Source: Aplysia californica (Eukaryota). From it: a stretch of 64,000 bases of DNA. The stretch spans positions 1,426,613-1,490,612 of the forward strand of contig NW_004797289.1 in the NCBI RefSeq assembly GCF_000002075.1, read 5' to 3'. Within the stretch, counting starts at the first letter, position 1. Each line of letters opens with the position of its first letter. The notes under the pieces are model-generated. The model was given only the letters and a program-made list of their open reading frames with translations, was not told where the DNA came from and made no database searches. Positions 37,701 through 49,700 of this stretch are shown one piece after another. Position numbers and translations under genes: made by a program.

Positions 37701-40700
37701 AAGTGCACATATAAGTTAGACATAGTAAAATCTCTTGATACGCAATTTCCTTTTGGCATAGCTACAGCAGTTGCTATGGAAACAGCCGCCATCTTGAAAA
37801 TAAACAATGAATTTCAAATCCCTAAGGCTTTCTTATCTACAGACCAGATTTGACCAAATTTGGTGAGAGTATACCTGAACCAGACCCTATCAGAGTAACA
37901 GCAAGTTTTTTTTCAATAAGTGCAAAAGAAAAAAGTATGAGAATTTTCCCAAAGTATAAAAAAACTTTTTCTAATTTTTTCTAAATTTAGGTTGCGTAAT
38001 CACTTGCCAATGGAAAAGTATTATTTTTTTCGCAAATATTTCTCTGTTAAATTGATGGCATCTATGTTACCTGAAAGGATGAAAACTAAGGAAGGAGTAG
38101 GGAAAAAACTGCAAAAAAATTACAATTTGCGAAAACCGACAATAATTGTGAAAATTCACTACACTAATCCATCCTCATGATTTTTAAGGCAATTTACCTG
38201 GAGAATAAGGTCTTTCTCAATTGTATCCATGCTATTTTTAGACAAAAAACAGGTTGGTCTTAAAAAATAAGCCAACATAAAATGTGCATAGCCTGACCCA
38301 AAATCTGCAAAATCAAGGGTCCCTCCTCCCCTAAACTAAAATCCATAAACATACAGTCAGGCACAGAAACTCAAACACATCGGGGACTTAAACAAGTGTT
38401 CGACACATACATGATTCAGGTAAATCTTGTAGCGAAAAATTAAAGAGATACAAGTCGGGGACTTCAAGTTAGACCCCTATTATTTGTACAAATTACCTGA
38501 GATTTCGAACTTTCTGTGTTTTGTGTTATTTATCTGAGTCCGTCTGTATTTGTTCACCAACTCTGGTCCGTGGGTTTGACACCTGTGCCCTGCATCGTGT
38601 CAGGAAGGCTGTTAACCTGTAACTCACTTTCCCTGCCAGGCTGTTGTTATTGATGTATGACTTCACTGGACTGCCATCTCCAGTGTTTTGAAGGCAAGTC
38701 TGTGCAATGTTATATTGAGGTTTATGTCTATACTTTACACTATCTCTTTAGCTTCTGTCAGTGCTTCTCCATCTGGAATTCTCCCTGAGGTGGTAAATAA
38801 CTGTTGCCCCTTCAATGTACTTCTCGAACTTCTCTTTAATCTAATCATTTATATTCAGAATAATCTTATTAAAGATTCACCCACAACGCACCTGTTTTGA
38901 GCAATCGTATCTCCTGTCTCTGCCTGAGTAGTACTAGAATCTTGACTAGATGTAGCTTGCCCATCAGTGCCACTGCACCTAAACAGAAAGTAACATTACA
39001 CATTTGTTGAGAAAATGTACATGAACACACAAAGCAACTGTCAAGGCTTATCCAAACAAACAAGGTACAACAGCTTACCATATACATTACTCTAAGAATG
39101 TTCATGATCTTGTTCCTCTATCAGAATTGTTGCATCAAAAAAGATCTTGATAACATTGACTAATTCATGACTTGTCAGTAAAAGAGCGTCCTGCCCATCC
39201 ATAAAGTTCAAGAAAAATCAGAAGATCCCAAAAGAATTGTTTCCGTTTACTGATTAGTATTTCACTTCTTTTCATTTGCCATTTACTTTAAAGGATCCTT
39301 CGTCTTTCTGACATAGCAGCTTGACTGATTTTCCCTTTTGGACAAAACCTTAGAAAAATAGACACTATCAACAAGACAGAAAGAAAGTCAAAACAAACAA
39401 GCCACAAATGTGGCAAGATTGTGCAACTGAAGCGTGCACTTCAAGTGAACATAAACACTCTGCCCCCTCATCCCACACCAATGAGTCTACATAACAAGAG
39501 GGGCCACTTCTCTCTTTGAGCCAATTAAAAAAGTGTCCTCAAAATTCGGTGGCGCCCTCTTCGCAAAACTTGAGTTTTAAAAAATCAAAGTGAAACTAGC
39601 AAGTTTTTGAATGAATTTCGGAAGAACGCTTTTTTAAAATGGTTACGCTGACAAAAAACCTCTTCCGGAGGAAAGAGTGATTGTTTTCTTCGTTTAATTT
39701 GACTTTAGAATGAAAGGCGAGAGGTTATTAAAGTATAAATAACCTAAAACTCCGCACTGAACGAACCCGAACTGCTGATGAACAGCAGTCGATCTGCGCA
39801 CGCAAGGAGGTGCTATTCCTATTTTTCTTCTGGAAAAACGAAAGAGAGCTTCAAAACAGACTGCAGCGCCATCTGAAGCAAAGAGCATACTTCCTGCGGA
39901 CACTTTTTTGGCTGAGTGGCCCATCTTGTTATTTACTATCTTTGTCCCACACATAATCCCACTAAAAGTATAATTATAATAAAACAGAAAAAAAAAAGAA
40001 AACTTCTTATAAAGATATCTCAAATCACTGAAAACTTTTTCAAATAGTACATCCTACTATAAACGAACACCAGAACCTTCATCTGGAAGTAACTTCACAA
40101 GACATCACCTGTCTTCGTACCTGGGCGGCACCTGCTGTGTTGGCTGTACTGAAGCCACATTGGGAACATTACTGCCAGCCTGGGTACTGGTCTGCATCAT
40201 TTGACCAGGCAGACCTGACGTCGAAGTGGCAGCATTTGCTGGCATGGCCGAGGGAAAGGGGAAAAACTTAACTTTACTTCATGGAAAGTCTAAACAAGTG
40301 AAGTTAACTTTACTACATGGTAGGACTAAAGAAAAATATTTTACTTAAAACAAAAGGACTAACAAATAAACTTATTAATTTATTACATGAAAAAGTTAAA
40401 CAAATAACCTTTACATTTAACATGAAAAGATTAAAAAATAAGCTTTATTTATTATAGGAAAATATTAAGGGGGAGTGGGGGGGGGGGGGGGGGGGCTACA
40501 CCCCCAAAGTAAAAATTTGGCTCAAAATCATGGAATTTGAGTTGTAGGCATTTTTAGCTTCCTCAGCCTCTCCTACAACTATTTCATCGCATAAGAACCC
40601 CCAAAAACCGTATTTTTTCCCATATCGGGCATGTTTGTGACCGCCATTTCTTCATAAAGTCAGTATTTTATTTTTCTTTATCAGCCGTTTTCTCAAAACG

Positions 40701-43700
40701 CGACTTTTCTCTATACTTTTTTGAATAACTCCACCATTTTTCATTCAATCTTCATGAAATTTTCACAGAATGAAGAGAAGAGGTAATACTAAAAATTTGT
40801 CTGTTGAATTTTTGATATATGAAATAGATTTTTGTTGGTGGTGTCAGGAGTGTGGATTTTCACGGATTTTTCACAAACTTGAATGCTACCTCAGGAAAAA
40901 ATTCATTAAAAATTTTCTAATTTGTTTAGGAAAAAAACAACAAACAAATTTTTAGATCTAATGTTTGTGAACACGCAAGCAAAAAAACCAATCAATTTCC
41001 ATGAGCAATAAGTGCGGTATTCATTACGTAAGACATATGGCGGCGTATCCATGGAAACGAAACTTTTTTCTCAAATTCGATTGCGGATTTTATGACTCCT
41101 TACTATGCTTGTTATATGAGTGAAATGTGGTAAAATTCGGTCCAGTAATAAGCGAGATAGCCTCCAGGTGTAGCCCCCCCCCTCCCCTTAAACAAATAAA
41201 CTTTTTACAAGAAAGGGTGATAAAGAAACTTATAACAGGATTTAACAAATAAACTTATTACAGAAAGGATTTAACAAATAAACTTAGCTCTGCTACAAGG
41301 AAGGACCAAGACTTCACGTAAATGTGACGGGTCAGCCAACAGGGCCATCAAGTCAGGCCAGTGAAAGGCAAACAACAACATAGTGGAGTAAAGTGGAGGC
41401 AGTCACCAAGAAATAAGGCAAAACTTGGACATACAACTGAGAAACTGAAGAAAGGTACACNNNNNNNNNNNNNNNNNNNNNNNNNNNNNNNNNNNNNNNN
41501 NNNNNNNNNNNNNNNNNNNNNNNNNNNNNNNNNNNNNNNNNNNNNNNNNNNNNNNNNNNNNNNNNNNNNNNNNNNNNNNNNNNNNNNNNNNNNNNNNNNN
41601 NNNNNNNNNNNNNNNNNNNNNNNNNNNNNNNNNNNNNNNNNNNNNNNNNNNNNNNNNNNNNNAATGAAATAACATTGCCATGAAAGGTAATGAGGAGACT
41701 TCTAAAATTCCTGATCATTACTTTATATCATTAACTTGCAATCTTATTATGACTTCTAATGTTATCATGTCTGAAATGATATCTGAAACCTAAAAGACAT
41801 TTTTTCTTCAGTTTCGTGTTTTTTGGGGGGTTTTTGGTAAGTGTTTTACGTCGCTTGCAATTGCATAAGGTCATATGAGCCCGTGGGACACACCAAACAT
41901 TTTCAGGTGGAAGGAAATGTTGAATTTTGCCAGCGTGGCGGCCGAAGACCTACTCTTATCGATTTTAAACCACCAAGGGATCTTTAAAGTGTGCAATTTG
42001 AACACAGGACCTCCGAGATTTTTCACCTTTGTCCCAGAAGGCTTGGCGTAGATCTTTCCTACCAGAAGATCAGGGGTGTGGCGGAAAGACAGCAGTAAAA
42101 AGAAGCCAAGGAGTAGCAGTAGAAAGGCTGCAGAAAGGAGCCCAGAGAAGGGGGCAAAGGAGGTGATGGGGTGTGGGTTGAAAGTGGAGACGAAAGCAGA
42201 CGACAGAACATTGCTGGAGAGCAGGAAAGGATGTGAAAGGAGACAATTTTAGAGAAGAAAATTTTTCCGTGGCTACCCAAATTCGAACCCAGGACGTTTG
42301 AATGAGAAGCCCCAGTTTCGTGTTCCTTCTGTTTTTAGATGCGAAATGTCGTCAATCAATGGGAAAAATAAAGAGTTAAAATCCAATAGGAACTGACCTA
42401 AACGTCCGTTAAGGTCTTCCTCGCTGAGATCCTGAAACCTTTCCCCCGTCCACACGGCTAGCACCAGGGAGTTGTCTAGTGGGGAGCGGATCTGGTACAC
42501 CATGTTGGGCATCAGACCTTGGTTCTTGCTGCCAGACCCCGTGATGATACACTTGTCCTCTGACAACTTGTCTAGGCTAAAAGAATCAGACCTATAAGAG
42601 AGATCAATTTATTCACTGAATGTTTTGTAAATGTTTTACACTCGCATCTGAATATCTTAGATGATTTCATTGAAGAAGCCTGTGCTTTGACCCTGCCCTT
42701 GTAAGGGCCAGCCTGAGCTGAATGGGATACAGCATCCTATCCAAAAGACAGAGATAACAAAACAAAAAGAGACTTAAATTACTGTATCTCTGCAAACAAC
42801 TACGAAGAGCATTGTAACCATTATTACAATTCATTCGTTGATAAGAGAACATAATAAACGAAAAGCTCATCTAATTTTCAACAGCAAAAACTCACACTCA
42901 CCCTTTCACATAAAAAATTGTCAAGTATGTACTAACACACAGCAATTCCGGTTGATAACAAGAAACATTTCATTCTCATGACACAGCTTTGTTACGTTAC
43001 TCTACCTTCAATTTTATCCTGGCACAACAGGAGTCAAAGACAACACACTTTGAACAGACAGTCAAAAAGTCAAAAGATGAAAAAGTATTCCGAATACATA
43101 CAATTAGTACAGAACCGGTATCTAATAATCTGAAATTCAAACCAAATCAATCAATAACATTTCAAGGTTTGACAATCCAGATTATGTTTCCACAAACTCC
43201 AAACGAGATTCACAAAATCCACATTTCATCAGTCATACCTATTCAAAACATTCCACTTTCAACATTCATAATTCTTGTGCATCATCTCTGTCAAACCAAT
43301 TAGCAGTTGAGAGGAGAATTAATTATAAAATCCTGGGAAGATGGTTTGCATGCTTCAATCTTGTAAACAAAAAGGTCAGAATCAAGTTCTGAATATCTTG
43401 GTTACATTATTATATTCTTCAAATAAAAGAAAGAAAATCGCAATTAAAAAATAATACCTCTAATTAAAAACTTAATTGGGAAATTCCTGCTGAATACCAA
43501 TTATGTTGGCTTCACATACATTAAAGCACCATTCAAATGGGACACATCTCTGCAATAAAATAATAGCTTCAGAAACAGCGCAAGCAATAGAAGTATCAGA
43601 AGAAGGTTGGAAAACACCAGTTTACTTACCATTTACAATGGTGATTACATAATAAACTACCATAATATAGCAGCATCCCTTTTCTTAGCAGGTGTCAACG

Positions 43701-46700
43701 TGTCATACTCAAGGACACACCCCAGTGACATCCCGTCTGAATGCTACGTTCCTGATATTCATCAACTTTGGTCCACAGTAAAAGAAGCACCGTCCAAACT
43801 ATTTTTTTAAAAATGTTTCTGAGTATGCACCAGTACATTATATATATATAAATGTATGTGTATGAGTTTGCCGAGCATTAAAACGAACACCAAAGAGAGA
43901 ACCACAAGAGAGAAGACTGACTGAGAAAAATGGGGTACTTACTTGGGAGCATTTTGGCTGTTGGGTGGAGCAGAGGAGACCTGTGGCTGCTGTGGAGGGA
44001 GCTGACCAGCCTGGGATGACATTTGACCCTGGGAAAGTGTTTGACCTTGAGAGTTATGACTGCCCTGGACGGACAAGATTGGGGCTGTGGGGCTCTGAGC
44101 GGGGCTACCCGGAACGGGAACCCTTCCCATCACCGGACCACCCATGGCAGCCGATGACGTAGAAGTGTAACCAGATATGGACGTACTCATACGTTGTGCT
44201 GCAGGGAACTGAGAGGTCGGTGCCTGCTGTGCTGCGTTGAACTGAGATGACGTTTGGCACTGCTGGAGATTCGGGGCGGGGTTCCGAGGTCGAACAAAGT
44301 TACCAGTCTGTTGTTGTTGTTGTTGTGATGGAGGTGGGTGTGATCTTTGAGGTGCACTATTGTTGTTGTAAGATTGGTTAGCCTGTTGGCCAGTTGGATT
44401 TTGATCTGTAAATGGGACCACACTGCAGATGGGCCTGCCTTCTGATAAAGATGTGGTGCTGCTGCTGGGGCTGTGAATATTGTTGTTTACACTGCCAGGG
44501 TAGGGGGAGCGAGGGGAGAGCTGACGACGAGGAGGGTGAGGTGAGAATCCCTGACTGTGAAGGTTATGTGGGTGGCCCATGCGCTGTTGCAGAGCATGCG
44601 GGCTGAAACCAGCGTGCTGCTGCTGTTGATTGTGGGCGAATCGATGAGGAATGTTTGACGGCATACGAGGGCTCATGCTCCGAACTGTCTGTGAACCTGA
44701 CACAGCCAGAGAGGGAGGCATTCCCTTTTTCGCCATTATTTCTCGGTCCAGACTCTCCTGCATATGCATGACAGCGAGTCTTGCCAGTTTGGCTTCACTA
44801 GGCGCCATCTCCTGATCCAGAGCACCTGTGATGGGAGCTCTGTGCTGACCTGCGAACCTTCCTGGCAGCCTTGGGCGGACAGATCGCAGCGGAGCGTGTT
44901 GAGGTCGGGCAAACCCACCAGCCTGGGTGGGAGCAACTGAACCAATACCCTGCGGTCTTGGCACACCGGTCTGCATCGGCGAAATTATTGGAGGTCTGAG
45001 CGGGTGTGATGGGCGACCAGCCCCAGTTGAAGCTGGATGGCGAACAGCGTTCTGAACATGAGGACTTACCGGCTGCTGCTGCTGCTGCCCTGGAATGTTC
45101 TGACTTGGATTCGACTGTGACGGTCCGGCAAACCGTGGCCCCTGCGGTCTAGGACCCGATGGTCTCATCTGCCCTTGGGGAGGCTGAGGACGCATGTTAG
45201 GAGGACCTCCCACATTCCCACCCTGCGGGCCACCCACAGGAGGAGGCCTCCGTGCCTGGTTCGCGTTCTGTCCAGGAACCCTGGGCTGTAGGCTGTGCGG
45301 CTGACTGACGGCATGAGACCCCTGACTGGACGGAGGACCGGCACCTTGCTGGGAGTACTGCATCGTCTGCTGACCGTGTGAGAATCCAGCGGAGGAGCTG
45401 TGAGCAACATTCTGTACAACACCCGCGGGCCATGTAGCAGGGTGTTGTCCTGGCTGCTGCTTTTGCAGAGGAGACGGCTGAGAGGATGAAGATATGGCGT
45501 TTTCCTGTTCTTCCCCAAAATATGTTTGACTTTCAAAGAACGCATGCCCCTCGGCCTCAGCGTAACTGATGTCTTCAGGGTCAACCCCCTTTTCATGTAA
45601 CTGCTGGATCAGAATTTTCCGTCTCTCCTCGTCCTGACAGTCCGATAATTCTTCCAAAAGTGCAGCTTCCCTGTGGATAATAAATAATATGTAAGAATTA
45701 GGACCAATCTATTGAAGTAGTTTGTTAAGGCATAGAAATAAATAACACAACAGACCGAAACAAATATCAAAATGTATGAACAAAATCCCTGAGGAATAAG
45801 TCAAAGCATATTTTTTTTATCAGTGCACTGAAACCACAGATTCTACTACAGGGTATGAGAGCTACCAAAATCTGAAAGACTGAAAAATACCAGACAGCTG
45901 TTATAATATAGAACACAGGATAGAGCACTGAGGAGTGAGGTACAGGGGGAATGAAATGACACCCACCAAAGCTTAAAAAAGCAATTTCAAAAATGTACTC
46001 CTGGAAGACCAAATTTTAACTCTACTAGAACAATAACCTTTTACTTTAAAAAATGTCAAAAATTTTTCCACTGGTCCAACATTAAATATTTCATTGGCAA
46101 ATGGTTTGTTACCCTTTAATTATGCCAGTGTCGAGTTGTGATATGATGGAATGATTTTTACAATAGCAAATTTTCCGTAACGAAATGCCCATCTCAAGCA
46201 AGGATGGGTAACATCTTAACGATATAATTAAAGTGAGGCTTGAAGGCAACAGCTAGAAAGCAGTCATCTTTAAATTATTCGGGTTCCATTAAACTACAGA
46301 TGACAACAGAATTGAGTCACTTTTAGTAGAGGTCTGTGCTGAAATAAACAAGAAACTTGCTTTTCTGTAACACTTCAGAAACTGAAAATGAATAGCATTA
46401 CCTCTTCAACTGCGTCCTAGCCCATTTTTAGCATCCTACTTCAAGTACTATTAGGCAGCACTGTATATAACAAAAACAACCACACAGACCCGGAGTCAAA
46501 GGGTACCATTAATTGTCAATACTTGTTTCTGAGTAGCACCATTTCATTCAGTAAAGCATTTTACAGCACTTACAACACAATTAGAAAGTCACACACATGT
46601 GTGCGCCACAGATTAGAGGGGTTACAAGACAGTGGCAAACTCAAAAAAGAAGGATGATAGATGTTTGACAGGAAAGAAGGAGCAAATCCCACCAGAGTAC

Positions 46701-49700
46701 TCACCAACCATCTACACCTCATCCTCTTAGCTTGTGACCATTTCATGTTATATACACACGTACGTCATCACATGCTCTAATAAAGTCACGATATAACACC
46801 ACCAAAAGACAAAAATACACCACTGTCAGTTGAAAGATCGGCCTGTCTAAACTAAACCAGAGTGGAAAGATTGGTGAGGAAGAGGAAAAGATAGCTGCAC
46901 AGCATAGCTGCTCAAAATGTCGAGTTTTACACTGAAAAACTCAAACTCATTACTGAATGTCACAGAAACAAAATCCGTAAATATACTAACAGTATAATCC
47001 AGTTATATCGACATCCGATTTATCGACATTTTGACATCACATATTTTCCAATTAAGAAATTTTTCCATCAATTTCTTCACTAAGCAATTTCTCTTATATC
47101 GACTTTTTTTCCGGCCCACTCTGTTTTATCGAGATGCTTCTTGGGTACCTGGTGAAGCCCACAAACATAAATGGGGGGAAAAGCCACGCTAACTGTCACC
47201 GCAATAGTTCCTTCATTTAGTCCGCATACCCCGCCAAGTAGCCTATATCGACACCCCAGGCTTTAGCAGGTCATGTATGGCCTTCACAGTGTAGTCTCCA
47301 ACACAGTACAGTGCCTTACAGACGTGAGCGTCTCGGGCGCTGGGCATCACCTCCCTACCCCCACTCCCGATCACTCACTCGCCTCGTGCTGCTTGGCCTT
47401 TGGTACGGTAACTCCACACCCCCCCCCCCTCCTCCCCTCTGCCTCTTGTTAGTTTTACTGTGTAGTTGTGTCAGCCTACATCATCTTAGTGGACCTCAGG
47501 ATCTATTCTTAGTAATCTTAGCTTCATGTCTTCACTCACGTTCATTTTCTCACTTCACGATACAGAAGTAGAGTTGTCTTTTTAATGCTGACCTCCCCTT
47601 GTTTTTTCCTCTTTGGCTTTAAATTTTCATCTATCGACATTTTTATATATCGATATCAAATCCACTTCCCAAATAATGTCGATATAAGCGGATTATACTG
47701 TACTTGGCTAATACAGAAGAGCAGACTGAGCTGTTCTTATAGCCGCCCGCAAGAAACTGGTAGAATTAATAATATTGGCATTTATATAGCGCTCAACCCT
47801 GATTAACAGTACACAGGCTCTACTATGTCATGATAAAGCTTTCAGTTGTGTGATTTAGGCTTGAAAATTTGAGTGGTCAGTATTAATTTTAGAGCAGCAT
47901 CAGTCTCACAAAAATAAAATTTATACTACAAATACATTTCCATCCCAACCAAAAATCAACTAGATGGAACTTTAGTCTCAGCTAATCTCCAAAAGACAAA
48001 AAGCTGCAGTCCTAAGACAGTGAATTTTCGCCCTTGATAAGAGTGCAAAACTATACAGCAGCATACTTACTCATCAGTAACATCATCCTCATCACTGGAA
48101 TCCTCAAACTGATAGGGTGGCATGGGGCCATGGGGAGGGACTGGACCGCCGGGGCCATGGAAAGGAGGAGGGCCATGGTGGTACTGCTCGTAAAAATCCT
48201 CTTCATCCTCTTCCATGTCCTCATCATAATCCTCCTCATCATCATCGTAATACATGTCCTCTTCATCCATCGGAATATCATCATCTTCAGGGTCCATGTA
48301 CGGATTAGGAGCTTCAGCTCTGAGAGCCGGAGGTTTCATTCCAGAAGCCATGTTGGTTTGTGCTGGGCCAGGGCCAGGGCCAGGGCCCCGGGGAAAGTTT
48401 GAGCCATTTCTGTTGGCACCAACTGCACCTTGCATTTGTCCTGGTGGACCGCTTCCAGGACGACCTCCTGGTACAGGGCCCATATTTCTGTTGGCAGAAG
48501 CCATCCTGACTGCGTTAGCTGGATGTCTTGCATTTTGCATCTGGTTATTTGGCAGTCTCGGACGCAGCTGCTGCTGCTGCTGGGGTCGCCTTTGAAAGTG
48601 CTGCTGTTGTGGACCCGGATTCTGTTGCTGATGCTGCAACCGTGGTGGTGGTGGATTTTGCTGCATCTGTTTCTGTGGGTGCTGCTGTGGCTGATGAGGT
48701 CGACCGCCTGTTTGTTGTGGTGACAGTGCCGCATGTCTTGGTGATGTCGGTCGTGGAAAGCCGAGTCTGGAAGGCTGCCCGCCTGTGTGTATGGCGGAGC
48801 CGGGGTTGTTCATTCTAAAAGCAGGTTGCCTCGGCGGAGCGTTCTGAGGCGCGGGGGGGCCAATAGGCAAGCGGCCCACCGTTTTCATCTGCTCCAGTAA
48901 CTGGTTGCAGGTCTTAAGTGACTGCTCCGGAGAGTTCAAGTTCTGTGAATGGGAAGGTCCTGTGTTCATGACACTGTTGTTGGCAAACTGAGAACTTGGG
49001 ACACCAACCCCTTTTCGTACTCCTGGCTTTCCGGGTGACTGGTACATATTGTTATCTGTTTCAATTTGATGATCCATGGGTTCCAGTAGGTGATGAGATT
49101 CGTTTTCAAAGGTGCCGCTCTCTTCATGAAAAGAAAGTTCTTGGTAGAGATTGCCACCGGCCATGGAGGATGGAGGGACACCAGATTGAGACACGCTGCC
49201 GTCCTGCTGGGACAGGGGAGAGAACCCTGGCTGAGATGACTGAGGTGTAGCATCTTTATGCTGGCTGTCAGGGGATGGCTGAGGGGAACACTCCTCCGGA
49301 CTGAGTGATGATGAAGGCAAATTGTCAGCCTGGGAGAAATAAAGCATTACTTGTTTAATAATCAAATTCCGTATTATTTCAACAAGAAAATATATTCAAG
49401 AAAAATGAAAACTATAGCTGTTCTATTGGCATGAAAGCTCTGAAGCCAACAATATAGAACATAGTAGTAGTCGATGAAAGTGTGATCATGTCTACTCAAA
49501 TCTAAGACGCAAATCTTAAGCATCACTTTTTTAAAATCACCCTTCTCAATCCACTACAATAGTAAGGACTTGAACAAATGAAAGGACAATAAATCCAATG
49601 AGAAATTTGCATTATTACAAAATGCACAAAGGACATAGAAAAGAATTCCAAGGCTCAGAGAGTCAATATGTACATAATAAATAGCGCCAATTACAGAACA

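Noticed and set aside
38497-38840. Extra SENP exon or extension after exon 6
   Set aside because: It looks coding-like and has a donor at 38497, but the phase-compatible frames I tried hit stops, and the model is complete without it.
40241-40250. Non-canonical (CGG) acceptor for exon 5
   Set aside because: An in-frame canonical CAG 9 nt downstream explains the exon.
40260-41310. CRISPR-like spaced repeats
   Set aside because: A decayed AT-rich minisatellite in a eukaryotic intron, with no unique spacers or cas genes.
48034-49253. Several overlapping ORFs on other frames and strands of exons 2-3
   Set aside because: Shadow ORFs of GC-rich low-complexity coding sequence.
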